From the human T2T-CHM13v2.0 reference genome, Homo sapiens, in the NCBI RefSeq assembly GCF_009914755.1, contig NC_060929.1: a DNA stretch of 64,000 bases; one strand, written 5' to 3'. A program made the position numbers and the translations under genes. The first letter of the stretch is position 1, and each line of letters starts with the position of its first letter. The notes beneath the pieces were generated by a model. It saw only the letters and a program-made list of their open reading frames with translations, ran no database searches and was not told the origin of the DNA. Below, one piece after another: positions 53,546 to 64,000 of this stretch.

Positions 53546-55490
53546 TTTTTAAAATTTTTTATTTCAATAGGTTTTTAGGGAGCAGCATAATGTTGGCTGT
53601 GTGTTTCTCATAGATGCCTTTGATTACTTTAAGGTATGTCCCTTTTATGCTGATTTTGCTGAGAGTTTTAATCATAAAGGTATGTTGGATCTTGTCAAAT
53701 GCTTTTTCTGCATCTATTCAGATGACCATGTGATTTTTGTTTTTAATTCTGTGTATGTGGTGTATCACATTTATTGACTTGCATATATTAAACTATCCCT
53801 ACATCCCCAGTGTGAAACCCACTTGATCATGGTGGATTATGTTTTTGATATGTTGTTGGACTGGGTTCACTAGTATTTTGTTGAGAATTTTTGTATCTAT
53901 GTTCATTAGGGATGTTGGTCTGTAGTTTTCTTTTTTTGTTATGTCTTTCCCTGGTTTGGGGGTGATACTGGCTACATGGAATGATTTCAAGAGGATTCCC
54001 TCTTTCTCTAACTTTTGGAATAATGTCAATAGGATTAGTATTAGTTCTTCTTTGAATGTCCAGTAGAATTCAGCTGTGAATCCATCAGGTCCTGGACTTT
54101 TTTGTTGGCAGTTTTTTATTACTATTTCAATCTCGCTGGTTGTTATTGGTCTGTTCAGTTTCTATATCTTCCTGGTGTAATCTAGGAGGATTGTATATCT
54201 CCAGGAATTTATCCATCTCCTCTAGGTTTCCTAGTTTATGCACATAAAGTTGTTCATAGTAGCCTCGAATGATCTTTTATATTTCTGTGGTATCAGTTGT
54301 AATATCTCCTATTTCATTTCTAATTTAGCTTATTTGGATCTGTCTTTTCTTGGATAATCTCACTAACGGTCTATCAATTTTATTTATCTTTTCAGAGAAC
54401 CATCTTTTTGTTTCATTTATCTTTTGTATTGTTTTGTTTCAATTTCAAGTTCTGCTCTGATCTTTGTTATTTCTTTTCTTCTGCTAGGTTTAGGTTTGGA
54501 TTGTTTTTGATTCTCCAGTTCCATGAGGTGTGACCTTAGCTTGTCTATTTGTGCTCTTTCAGGTTTTTTGATGTAGGCATTTAATGTTATGAACTTTCCT
54601 CTTAGCACTGCTTTCAGGCAACAAATAACATGATGAATGGAATAGTACTTCACATCTTAATATTAACATTGAATATAAATGGCCTAAATGCTCCACTTAA
54701 AAGATAATAAATGGCAAAATGGATAATAATTCACCAGCCAAGTTTCTACTGTCTTCAGGAGACTCACCTAACATAAAGATTCACATAAACTCAAGGTAAA
54801 GGGGTGAAAAAAGATATTCCATTGAAATGGACACTAAAAGTGAGTGGGAGTAGCTATTCTTACATCAGACAAAGCAGATTTTAAAGCAATGGCAGTTAAA
54901 AAAGACAGAGGGACATTATATAATGATTAAAGGCCTTGTCCAACAGGAAAATGTCACAATCCTAAATATACATGCACCTAACACTGGAGTTCCCAAATTG
55001 GTAAAACAATTACACTAGACCTAAGAAATGAGATAGACAGAACACAATAATAGTGAGGGACTTCAATACTCCACTGACAGCACTAGACAGGTCATCAAGA
55101 CAGAAAGTCAACAGAGAAACAGTGGATTTAAACTATACCCTAGGACAAATGGACTTAACAGATATTTACAGAACATTCTGCCCAACAACTACAGAACATA
55201 CATTCTATTCATCAGCACATGGAACATTCTCCAAGATAGAACATATGATAGGCCACAAAACAAGTCTTAGTAAATTTAAGAAAATCAAAATTATATCAAG
55301 TATTCTCTCAGACCACAGTGGAATAAAATTGGGAATCAACTCCATAAAGAACCCTCAAAACCATGCAAGTACACGGAAATTAAATAACCTGTTCCTGAAT
55401 AATCATTGGGTCAACAATGAAATGAAAATGAAAATTTAAAAATGCTTTGAGCTGAACAATAACAGTGACACAACCTATCAAAACCTCTGA
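53546..55490. mobile_element. L1PB-like element with 5' inversion (53546-54614 minus; 54615-55490 plus)
   Basis: Minus: poly(A) remnant, 3' terminus and ORF2 linker/RT (ORFs 53799-54029, 54417-54653). Plus: ORF2 endonuclease (ORF 55053-55439, DFNTPLTALDRSSRQK...SDHSGIKL). Confidence 0.88.
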
Positions 55491-57469
55491 GCTATTATTT
55501 AACTCACAATTTTTGGAATTAACTGTAGAATTCTTTACTTGTTTAATATCCACTTGACTCTGTAGTTACCCTTTTCAGTTCTAGTTTATTTGTGGCTTCT
55601 TGGGGTCACTTTAACAAAGTTTTCAATAATTCTCAGTCTTTTTAATCGTCTCCAACATTTTTTTTAATATCTGACTTTTTTTCTTTACTAGCTCATCTTT
55701 TCTATTTTCTCTATTCTTATTTTTTTTGACCTCTTAAGTTCTAAACTCAGTAGTTTTTAGCCTTTCTTTTCTTCCAATATAAACATTTTAGGATATAAGT
55801 TGTTCTCCAATACCACTCTAGTTATCCTGTAAGTTTTATAGGTAGTATTTAATTGCTCTTTGGGTTTACAGATTTTTAATTTCCATTATAATTTCTCATT
55901 TGACCTATAGATGTATTCATTTGTCTTTAATTTCAAAATACATGGCGTTTTTATTGTTAATAATAGCTATGTATGTCAGTTCCTGCGTGCTTTATACTTC
56001 CCTTTTATTGTTTCACTGCTTCCTGGTACTGAGTTATTTTTCCCTAGTTTCGCCTTTTGTCACTTGATTGGGGTTCCAAGAACTCAGAAAGAACATCAGG
56101 AATGACCCAGGAGCTCCACTTTACAAGTAGAGACAAATGGTTTAAATACCACTTTCTAAGAGGAAAGAAGGTATAGTATTTGTGGATGAGCTTTTTTTTC
56201 TCCAGGGAAAAGAGAATTATAGTTTTTCAAACAGCTGATAAGGGAGTTCCCTATATTGTGTATTTTACAATATTCCTAAGACCAAAGTATGGCCTGTGGT
56301 TGACAATTACAATGATGGTCTATAAAACACACTGGATTTTAAGAATATCATTTTTTATTTGGCATAACTGCTATAGTGCTGAAGATTTTTGTGTTCTACA
56401 TTTTATGAATGTGAGGCTACTATGAGATATTATATATCCTCCTAAACTTTAGAAACTTTAAATCACTGCACAGATTGATGACTCAGTGACAGATGAGTCC
56501 AGTTTTGGAAATCATGAAGGAGCTACATCATATCCAGTGGGAGAAGGACAGGTCAGGCTTCAACTACTGAAGAAGGAATTTAGGCATGAATTAGGCACTT
56601 GAGTGAATGTTCTTGTTTAAGACTGCGCAGAAATGAAAACTTGGGAAGATTTTCAGACTTGAACATTAATAAACATCTAATTTCTATGAGATAAGTGATT
56701 CTATTTTTTGGATTTAATATCTTTATGGAAAGTTAGTAGAATATACTGTATTCATTTTGTTTGAGTTTGAGGTGTTTGGGGAATTGCTGATAATGAGTGA
56801 GGAGCGTAAAATTGTAAATCACTAATTGTATGACGTGTCCAATTATGCTATGTTAGACAACATAGCCTGGAATGAAATATAATGGAACAGAAAGAGAATT
56901 TTCAACCAAAATATAATGTGGCTTTACAGTTAATGAATATCTTGCTATGATACACTTTATTGGACAGCAGAGACAAGCATTTCTTGCGAGCCAGAACTCC
57001 CCAGTTCATCACTGATCCCATGCAATTATATGAGAGCTGTGTATCCTGAGAAGAAATCACATACATGGAAGTGAAGGGCCTTCTGAATCAGCCTTACTGA
57101 TTCTCTGGGTAGAAGAGGGATCAGCTATACCTCTAGTTTACAATAAATTTGGCCTTTGTTTACAATAAATTTGATTGACTAAAAGAAATTACATATATGG
57201 AAACCTGGAGCAGACAGGTGGGAAAACCATTCTAATTTTCCCAAATTAGTTCTTCCATAGGGAGGTGATGATCAGTCTAACTAGGCCAATTCTATATTAC
57301 CAATAGAACAACACTTACAAATGGATAGGCTTAAAATGCACATAAAAGTCGAGTGTGAGTATATGGCTTAAACTAGCACTTTCTTTTCAGAATAGAAAAG
57401 AAAGTAAGTGCCAGGTTTTGCCTCATCTGTGTGAGCCCCACCATGTTTCTTTGTTTCTTCATTGGTTCT

Positions 57470-57812
57470 CCATAATGATCAGTTTTGGGTTGACTTAGCT
57501 GTAGTACCCAGTTATTCAATCAACCACTAAACTAAGTGTTTCTGCAAAGGTATTTAATTAAAGTACATAATCAGTTGAGTCTAAGTAAGGAAGATTCTCT
57601 TAGATCATCTAGGTAGGCCTGAATCAGTTTTAAGGACTTAAGAGTAGAGTTGAGGCTTCTCTGAAGTAGAAGAAATTCCACCTGTGGACAGTAGCTCCAG
57701 CCTGTGCCCAAGGGTTCCAGCCTGCCCTTCTTAACAGCCTCCCCTACAGATTTCAGACTTGTCTTGCCAGCTCTCATAATCATGTTAACCAATTCCTTGC
57801 AATAAGTATACT
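57470..57812 (+). mobile_element. ERVL LTR, MLT2D-like
   Basis: GTAGTACCCAGTTATTCAATCAACCACTAA...AGAAATTCCACCTGTGGAC...CAATTCCTTGCAATAA matches recalled MLT2D. Confidence 0.7.
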
Positions 57813-59700
57813 TATTTAATGGATATCACAATGAGATTTACTACCTTAGACCAGAAAAGCAGCCTACTGTGAACTTTGGAATAAGCCAGAAATTATTCCC
57901 TTCGGTAAAGAAAGTGAGATGGCACCAGTATCATAAGAGCAGCTTAAAGGTAGCTGTCCCTTCTAGTCCAGGGTACATGGAAAAAAGATGCTGTCAAGAA
58001 ACTGAAATCCCTAGTAACATGTGGATGATAGGAGTCTGGAATAGCAAAAGCAGGGTGTTGAAAGCTAAACATCAGGTACATGTAATTTTTATAAGCAACA
58101 TTAAGAATGACAACCAGAGAATCTTGGCTGAGATCTGTGGCAGTGGGTAACAGATGATCAGGTCACCAGACGGAAGATAGGAAGCACTGTTGACTTATAC
58201 ATCTGACAAAAGTCAAGAGATGGTAAATAGAAGGCTGACATCTATCATGACAGCATAAAATCATGATCCCTCATTAACCCAGATCTGAGTCAGCCCCAGC
58301 CAATGCCTTGATTTCAGTGGGTATTGAAAGTTGCTAAATTCATGGTAGTTTGTTATGAAGCAAGAGAAAACTAATACACTCAGCCAGTTCATACTTGATT
58401 CAACACTCCACAGTCCATTTGATTGGTCTATAAGTTTTGTGTGGGGCCCAGAATAAGAGAATGCTTGGTAGCTGGTCCAGACTCTGATATAGCCCATCTG
58501 TTGACCTTGACCATGCATCCCTGTATTAGTCAGGGTTCTCTAGAGGGAAAGAACTAATAGGATATATGTATATATGAAAAGGAGTTTATTAAGGAGAATT
58601 GACTCACAAAGTCCCATGATAGGCTGTCTGCAAGCTGAGGAGCAGGGAGCCAGCAGTGTCTCAGTTCAAAACCCAAAACCTCAAAAGTAGGGAAGCTAAC
58701 AGTGTAGCTTTCAGTCAGTGGCTGAAGGCCAAGAGACCCTCTCAAACCACTGGTGTAGTCCAAGAGTCCAAGGGCCAAAGAACTTGGAGTCTGATGTTCA
58801 AAGGCAAGAAGCATCCAGCATGAGAGAATGATGAAAGCCAGAAGACTCAGTAAGTCAGCTTCTTCCACCTTCTTCTGCCTGCTTTCTTAGCTGTACTGGC
58901 AGCTGATTGAATGGTGCCCACCCACATTGGGAGTGGGGGTCTTCCTAAGACTGGGCTTTCCTCTCCAGTGCACTGATTCAAATGTTAATCTCTTCCAGCA
59001 ACACCCAGAAACACCCAGATGTACACAAAACCAATGCTTTGCATCCTTCAATCCAATCAAGTTGACACTTAATATTAATCATCACAGCCCCGGTAGATCC
59101 AGTGATGCTAGAAACAACTTGGTAGATTAGGGCTGTGTACTGTCACTGGGAAACCCCAAAAAGAGTTAAAGCACAGACCTTGATGGTGCTAGAGCAAGGC
59201 CATGCCCCCTGCTGCAGAAAAATACTATTTAAATAACAGATTCTGTCATACTTCTAGGTCCTGAAAGAGACCGTCTAACCATGGGATATTAAGTAGCTAT
59301 AAGACTGAAGGTGTCATTGTAAGGTGGGTATTGTCAGTTCCCACATTATAAGGTCAGGCAATTATAGTAATAACTTCCAGTAGTAACTCTGTGGAAATGG
59401 TACATTTAGGATCATATCCAAGCAGGTGTAAAGGGACAAGTAATTTATGCAAACGGACCAGAATATTATATCATCTACTTCTTTTGCACTGATGCATCTC
59501 CCTCAGTTCATGCTTAGGGCCTTGTGGGAGAAAACTTATGGGTCTCTTTCATAGATAGGTCGACTCAAATTTTTCCTATAAGCCAAGAATGAACTGTGGT
59601 CATATTATAGCACTGTTCCAGAGGTGACACTAAAGGACAGTAGTGAGAGGAAATTCTTCCAATAGAGAATTTCAAACAGTACATGTTTCCTTCAACTTCA
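57813..59700 (+). mobile_element. Highly decayed ERVL internal fragments (with nested LTRs)
   Basis: Follows the MLT2D-like LTR. Patches resemble ERVL gag/pol (GCAAGGCCATGCCCCCTGCTGCAG; AAAGGACAGTAGTGAGAGGAAATTCTTCCAAT). Weak similarity only. Confidence 0.45.
58522..59086 (-). mobile_element. Solo ERVL LTR, MLT2A/MLT2B1-like
   Basis: TGTATTAGTCAGGGTTCTCTAGAGGG ... CAAGTTGACACTTAATATTAATCATCACA. Degenerate 5-bp TSD ATCCC / GCCCC. Confidence 0.85.
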
Positions 59701-60109
59701 TGTGGAGGACCTGTTTATAAAAATAAATGTGGAATTGCACCAACCAAAGCCTAACAAGGGTAGGGTAACCATGGGTCTTGAGAGCTCAGGAGTGAAGTTT
59801 GCTTACTTGCTAGATAAGCAATCAAGACCAGCAGAAGGGGTGCTAGCAGAAGGTGAGGGCATCTAGATTGCGTGGTACAGGAAGGCAACAATGTATAGCA
59901 ATTATGGCCCAGGAACCATCTGCAGCAGCTGAAACTACTGCTTGTTTCATTGAACTTCCTGTTTGAAGTCATCTCTAGAAACTGTGGTCAGCAACCACCA
60001 TCAAATGTCAGTAGTAGAGAGGATTCAATGTGGAGCATGAGTAGTGCAAGATACCTTTGATTCCATGCTCCATGTCTCTTCAGTCCATCTCTGAGTTCAC
60101 ATCTCTGAG

Positions 60110-60420
60110 TTCATTGTCCATTGCTACAATGTACAGTTCCCTACATGCTAGTAGATTCCACCTCTGACTCTTTGGTCTGCCTGAAGCCTTTCTCTAGTGA
60201 CATTGGAGATTGTTCAGTCCAAGCACGGGGCAACCCAATATTGTTGAACATTTAACACCCTCAGTAGCAACCCTCAACCTATGAGGGATGAGAGTTAGTA
60301 GGTAAATCCTTCAACTTGCCAAATTTTGGCAAAGTTATTCTTATGTGGTTCTTGATTCCTCAGAGGTTTCTCAGTTGCCAGCCACAAAAGTGACCTTCCA
60401 AGAACAAAGGTTTTACACTC
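60110..60420. mobile_element. Old ERVL LTR remnant (LTR16-like)
   Basis: GCAACCCTCAACCTATGAGGGATGAGAGTTAGTAGGTAAAT resembles an LTR16 motif. Boundaries uncertain. Confidence 0.35.
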
Positions 60421-60856
60421 TTGCTTGCATATACCCTTGAAAGACCATATACTTGAACACTGTTGACAACAAGATATTTTTTCTTAAGTTTCTCCTGAAC
60501 CATGGGATTATCATAATTATAATTTAGAGATTGATATATATATTTTATCAATTATACACTTATAAGTTTATTTGCAAAAGATAAAATTTCTGACACAATT
60601 ATAATTTGCTTACATGCTTTAAACATAGTTTCACAAAATCTTAGAGCTATTGATGTAGCTCATTTGATTTTTAGAAAATATTGACCATATAACCTAACAG
60701 GAAGACTTAATCCACATTATTAAGTAACGCCTACTGTAAAAACAAAAAAGGCTGACTAAATTATAATTCTAAGATATATAGACAGATAAATGTAGGGATA
60801 GATAGATACAATGGATAAATATAGGTATATAGATGGAGAGAGAGACAGACAGAAAG

Positions 60857-61397
60857 CATAGGGGAAAAAATAACCCTTATAGGTTTGTAATTGGAATGGA
60901 CCTCTGTTACAAAAAGATGTGTTAACAAGAGAAAAAACAGAAGTTTATTAACATGTATATCTCATGTAAACACAAGAGATAGTCGAGAATGAGCAGTTCT
61001 CTAAGAGCTGATTTAAATTCCAGCTTATACAGCATCTTCAGCAAAGAACAGTACATTTTTAGAGAAGTGAGAAAACAAAGGAAAAGGGCTTGGAGTCTTT
61101 ACAGGCAGCAAATTGAAGGGAAGGCAAACGAATGGCAGATAAAAGTTAGTTAGTAAAGCTTGGTAATATGAATTTCTCTGGTATCATCGCAAGGCTGATA
61201 AAGGATCTAAAGCTGTTGTCTTCATTGGCTAACTTTTGCTCTCCCTGGTAGGGGTAGGGGACATAGTACCTTTTTGTCTGTGTAAATCTATGTCCTGCTT
61301 TTAAGCAAATAGAAGAAGGACAGATCTCTCCTGCATCTCTTTCTTCCTGTCTTCAGCTCAACACTTTCTTTGGGGAAGCATATTTCGGTTTCCTACA
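60857..61397 (-). mobile_element. Solo ERV1 LTR, MER34-like
   Basis: Shares the CTGT(T/A)ACAAAA...GTTAACA.G.AAA block with the 2734-3397 LTR. Ends TTTGGGGAAGCATATTTCGGTTTCCTACA. Confidence 0.7.
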
Positions 61398-61869
61398 ATA
61401 TTCAGCAATAGTTCCTTGACTCAAGTTTATTGTCTGGATGAAATAAGGCCCCTCCTTCTAAAGGATTCCTTTAATAGTCCTTTAGAAATTTCTCTGTTTT
61501 GCTTTATGAATCTTTTTCCCAAAAGAACGCATTTAAGAACTGTTTCTTTTTCAGGGATGAGAGGTAGGCTTTGTGTCCTGGGGCACGACAGAGTAAGATT
61601 CAGGATAGATAAGAATCAGACCCCTCTTTTGTAAAGCAGAGAAAGGGTAATTTTGAAAAAGGAGATGGTGAAAAAAGAATATCCAAGTTTCAGTGGTCTT
61701 TTTAGGCAATAGAGAGGAAAAAATTAAAAACCAAGTTTTCAAAAGAAAAAAAATTTGCATTAATGGATGGGCTTGTAATACTAGAAAGAAAAACAAGAAA
61801 TGAGTCCCCCAGTATTCCAGGATTGACATTAGAAATTCATGATCAAGTATGAAATGTATCAGTTACTAT

Positions 61870-62030
61870 ATATTTGATGTTAATTAAATGACATAATATT
61901 TCTGAAACTCATGTTTTTATCTATAAAATGGGGTAGTACTATTCAGTTTACAGGGCTGTGATGATTAAAAGAAAGAAGTTATGCAAAGATGTTATAAACT
62001 TTAACTTATGCTAATGTTAGAACTTATTAT
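61870..62030 (+). mobile_element. MIR SINE
   Basis: CTCATGTTTTTATCTATAAAATGGGGTAGTA...ACAGGGCTGTGATGATTAAA MIR core. Confidence 0.65.
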
Positions 62031-64000
62031 TATAGAATATCCATTGTATTTAAGACACATAGAAAAATAATTGTTTGTTTAAAAAATTACCATAATACAA
62101 AAAGAGTAAAGTTTTAAATCCCCATGTTTAATTAACCCAGCATTTCCCCAAGAAGGAAAGTAAGCTCCAGCACTGTTAGCAGAAAGACTGCTCTATAAAT
62201 GTCATTGTTCGGTTAGAAATTTGCCTATTAAACTTAGTATCACACTTTTATAATTATACAATGCATATAAAAGCCTGTGTTCACTAGATGGTAATAGAGA
62301 ACACATTCCACAGAAAGATAAAAGCACAGAATGAACTGAGCATGAACAGAAAATACTTATTTGAACAAAGAAATAATAGTATTTGACCTTTATCTGGAAA
62401 TGATTTCATGTCCAGAGGGTATTTTCCTTTAAATAAAATACAGTTGTATTTGATGTTTCCTTTTATTGGACATTATATATTGATAAACAGATAAGCCAAA
62501 GAAGGGGGGAAAAACACCTAAAAGTAAAGCAAAACAAGAAAACAATAAAAGCAGTCTGATTCATTTTCCCTCTTTAAAGTCCTAAAAAGGTACCTCATTT
62601 GCCCAGAGAGAATACTCCTCACTTCTTGATTAAAGGCAATCAGAGCCCTTTGCCTAGCAATCTTATGTAATTTTAAAACTATCATATCAAATGGTGACTG
62701 TTAATAACTACCAATATTACACAGCATGAAAACGAAGGTCAAATGCTATAGTTTGAATGTTAAATAAGGTAAAGAATATTAACTAGTGTTTAACAGGGCA
62801 AATTTTGCTTATCGTTTAAAAAAAATTACTCTAAAAATGTGCTCCCAAACCACACAACAGGTTTCACTTTCTTTCCAGGATTCACTAAAATGATGTCCAG
62901 CCATCCAGAAATGATTAGGTTTATTTTCTCCTAACTTATAATGCTGTGGGCTTAGTACCTGACTGTTCATCATTATAAAGTGACTCCTACAATGTTTGCT
63001 TCTCCTTCATCCCCAAAACTCCAGCAAAGAATTTCCTAAAACAGGTCAAGACCTTTACTAATGATACAACTATCTAACATGGGCACTGTGCACGCACAAA
63101 GAAGAAACCTAGGGTCTTCCTATTAAAAGGTGCTACTCCAGGAGATTTCACCTGTGAGGGCTAAGGAGGGCATTTTGAATGTCATTAATACTGTAGTGTT
63201 CTGCATTACCCTATAGTTTTACTTTCTTCATCAGCCTTATGCTGACCGTTGGAATGACTGTTGACCCAGCCCCCAAACACTTTTCCCAACAACAATTTGG
63301 TACTGGTAATGCTATCATTAGTGATAATGATAATGTGTTTGTGTTTTGTGGTTGTGGATGTCCCTGATTAGAATGCAAATGGAATAGAGGGGCATTATAA
63401 TAAGTTTTTGTTTAACATTAACAATTAAGAGCTACTCATAAACTACTGTATCAGATTATCAAGTAGAGCCTAGGGAATGGGGCATTTCAATTTTGGTGGA
63501 AGAAGCAGATGGGCTAGGACCTGGAAGGAAAGACTATTTCAAGGGGACAAAGTTCTGAGACCTAGGGGAACAAATGACTTTGGACAATTAGATATATGAT
63601 CACCACTGCAGGGAAGACACGAAGAGACAGAGGAAGCCAGGATACCCACTACCTAGCTCATAGCTGTGCGCCACATTATCTTTGAATCTAGTTGCACCCA
63701 CGACCTCTGTCTGATCAAGCAACTTCCTAGAAGCTTGAATAATCATTGAATGTTGACTCTGAATGTAATATCAACAACTGTGGCCAAACACTTCTACCTT
63801 AAGGGGGCTATAAAACATTTCTTCTCTTCAACAGTTCTGAGAATGAGCAGTTACTACAATTGTGGGAGGAAAGGAATAAAAGCCATTTGGGTCCATGTGC
63901 CCTCCCATGTGCACACAAGAGAGGCTAGGTTCTGCTGATGTAATCCTGTTTTGTAGATGAGCAAAAGTCACACAACGGATAAATGGCAAGCTCAGCACAC

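Noticed and set aside
61900-64000. Largely unique terminal region examined for exons and RNA genes
   Set aside because: No convincing ORF, splice-site pair, tRNA/snRNA motif or repeat structure seen.

Overview
Primate (human-like) intergenic, AT-rich DNA made mostly of transposable-element remnants. I recognise no host protein-coding gene and no Alu. The centre is a complete but coding-dead class I endogenous retrovirus (13113-27734, + strand) with two ~455-bp LTRs, a tRNA-Pro primer-binding site, gag-TAG-pro/pol, env and a 4-bp target-site duplication (TSD); it is most likely HERVP71A/LTR71 of the HERV-IP group. A full-length antisense L1PA3-type LINE-1 (16947-23124, 16-bp TSD) interrupts its pol gene. 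The flanks hold older L1s, solo LTRs (MER39-, LTR47-, MER9-, MST-, MLT2- and MER34-like), hAT DNA transposons (MER30, Charlie), L2 and MIR. Highlights: (1) an MLV-style gag-pol readthrough signal with a predicted H-type pseudoknot; (2) an L1 antisense promoter aimed into the retroviral RNaseH-IN-env half; (3) an L1 that keeps the ZNF93-bound 5'UTR segment; (4) a twin-primed inverted L1; (5) a candidate endonuclease-independent L1 insertion. Repeat family names come from my recall of consensus sequences and need RepeatMasker/Dfam confirmation. I found no convincing novel coding system.
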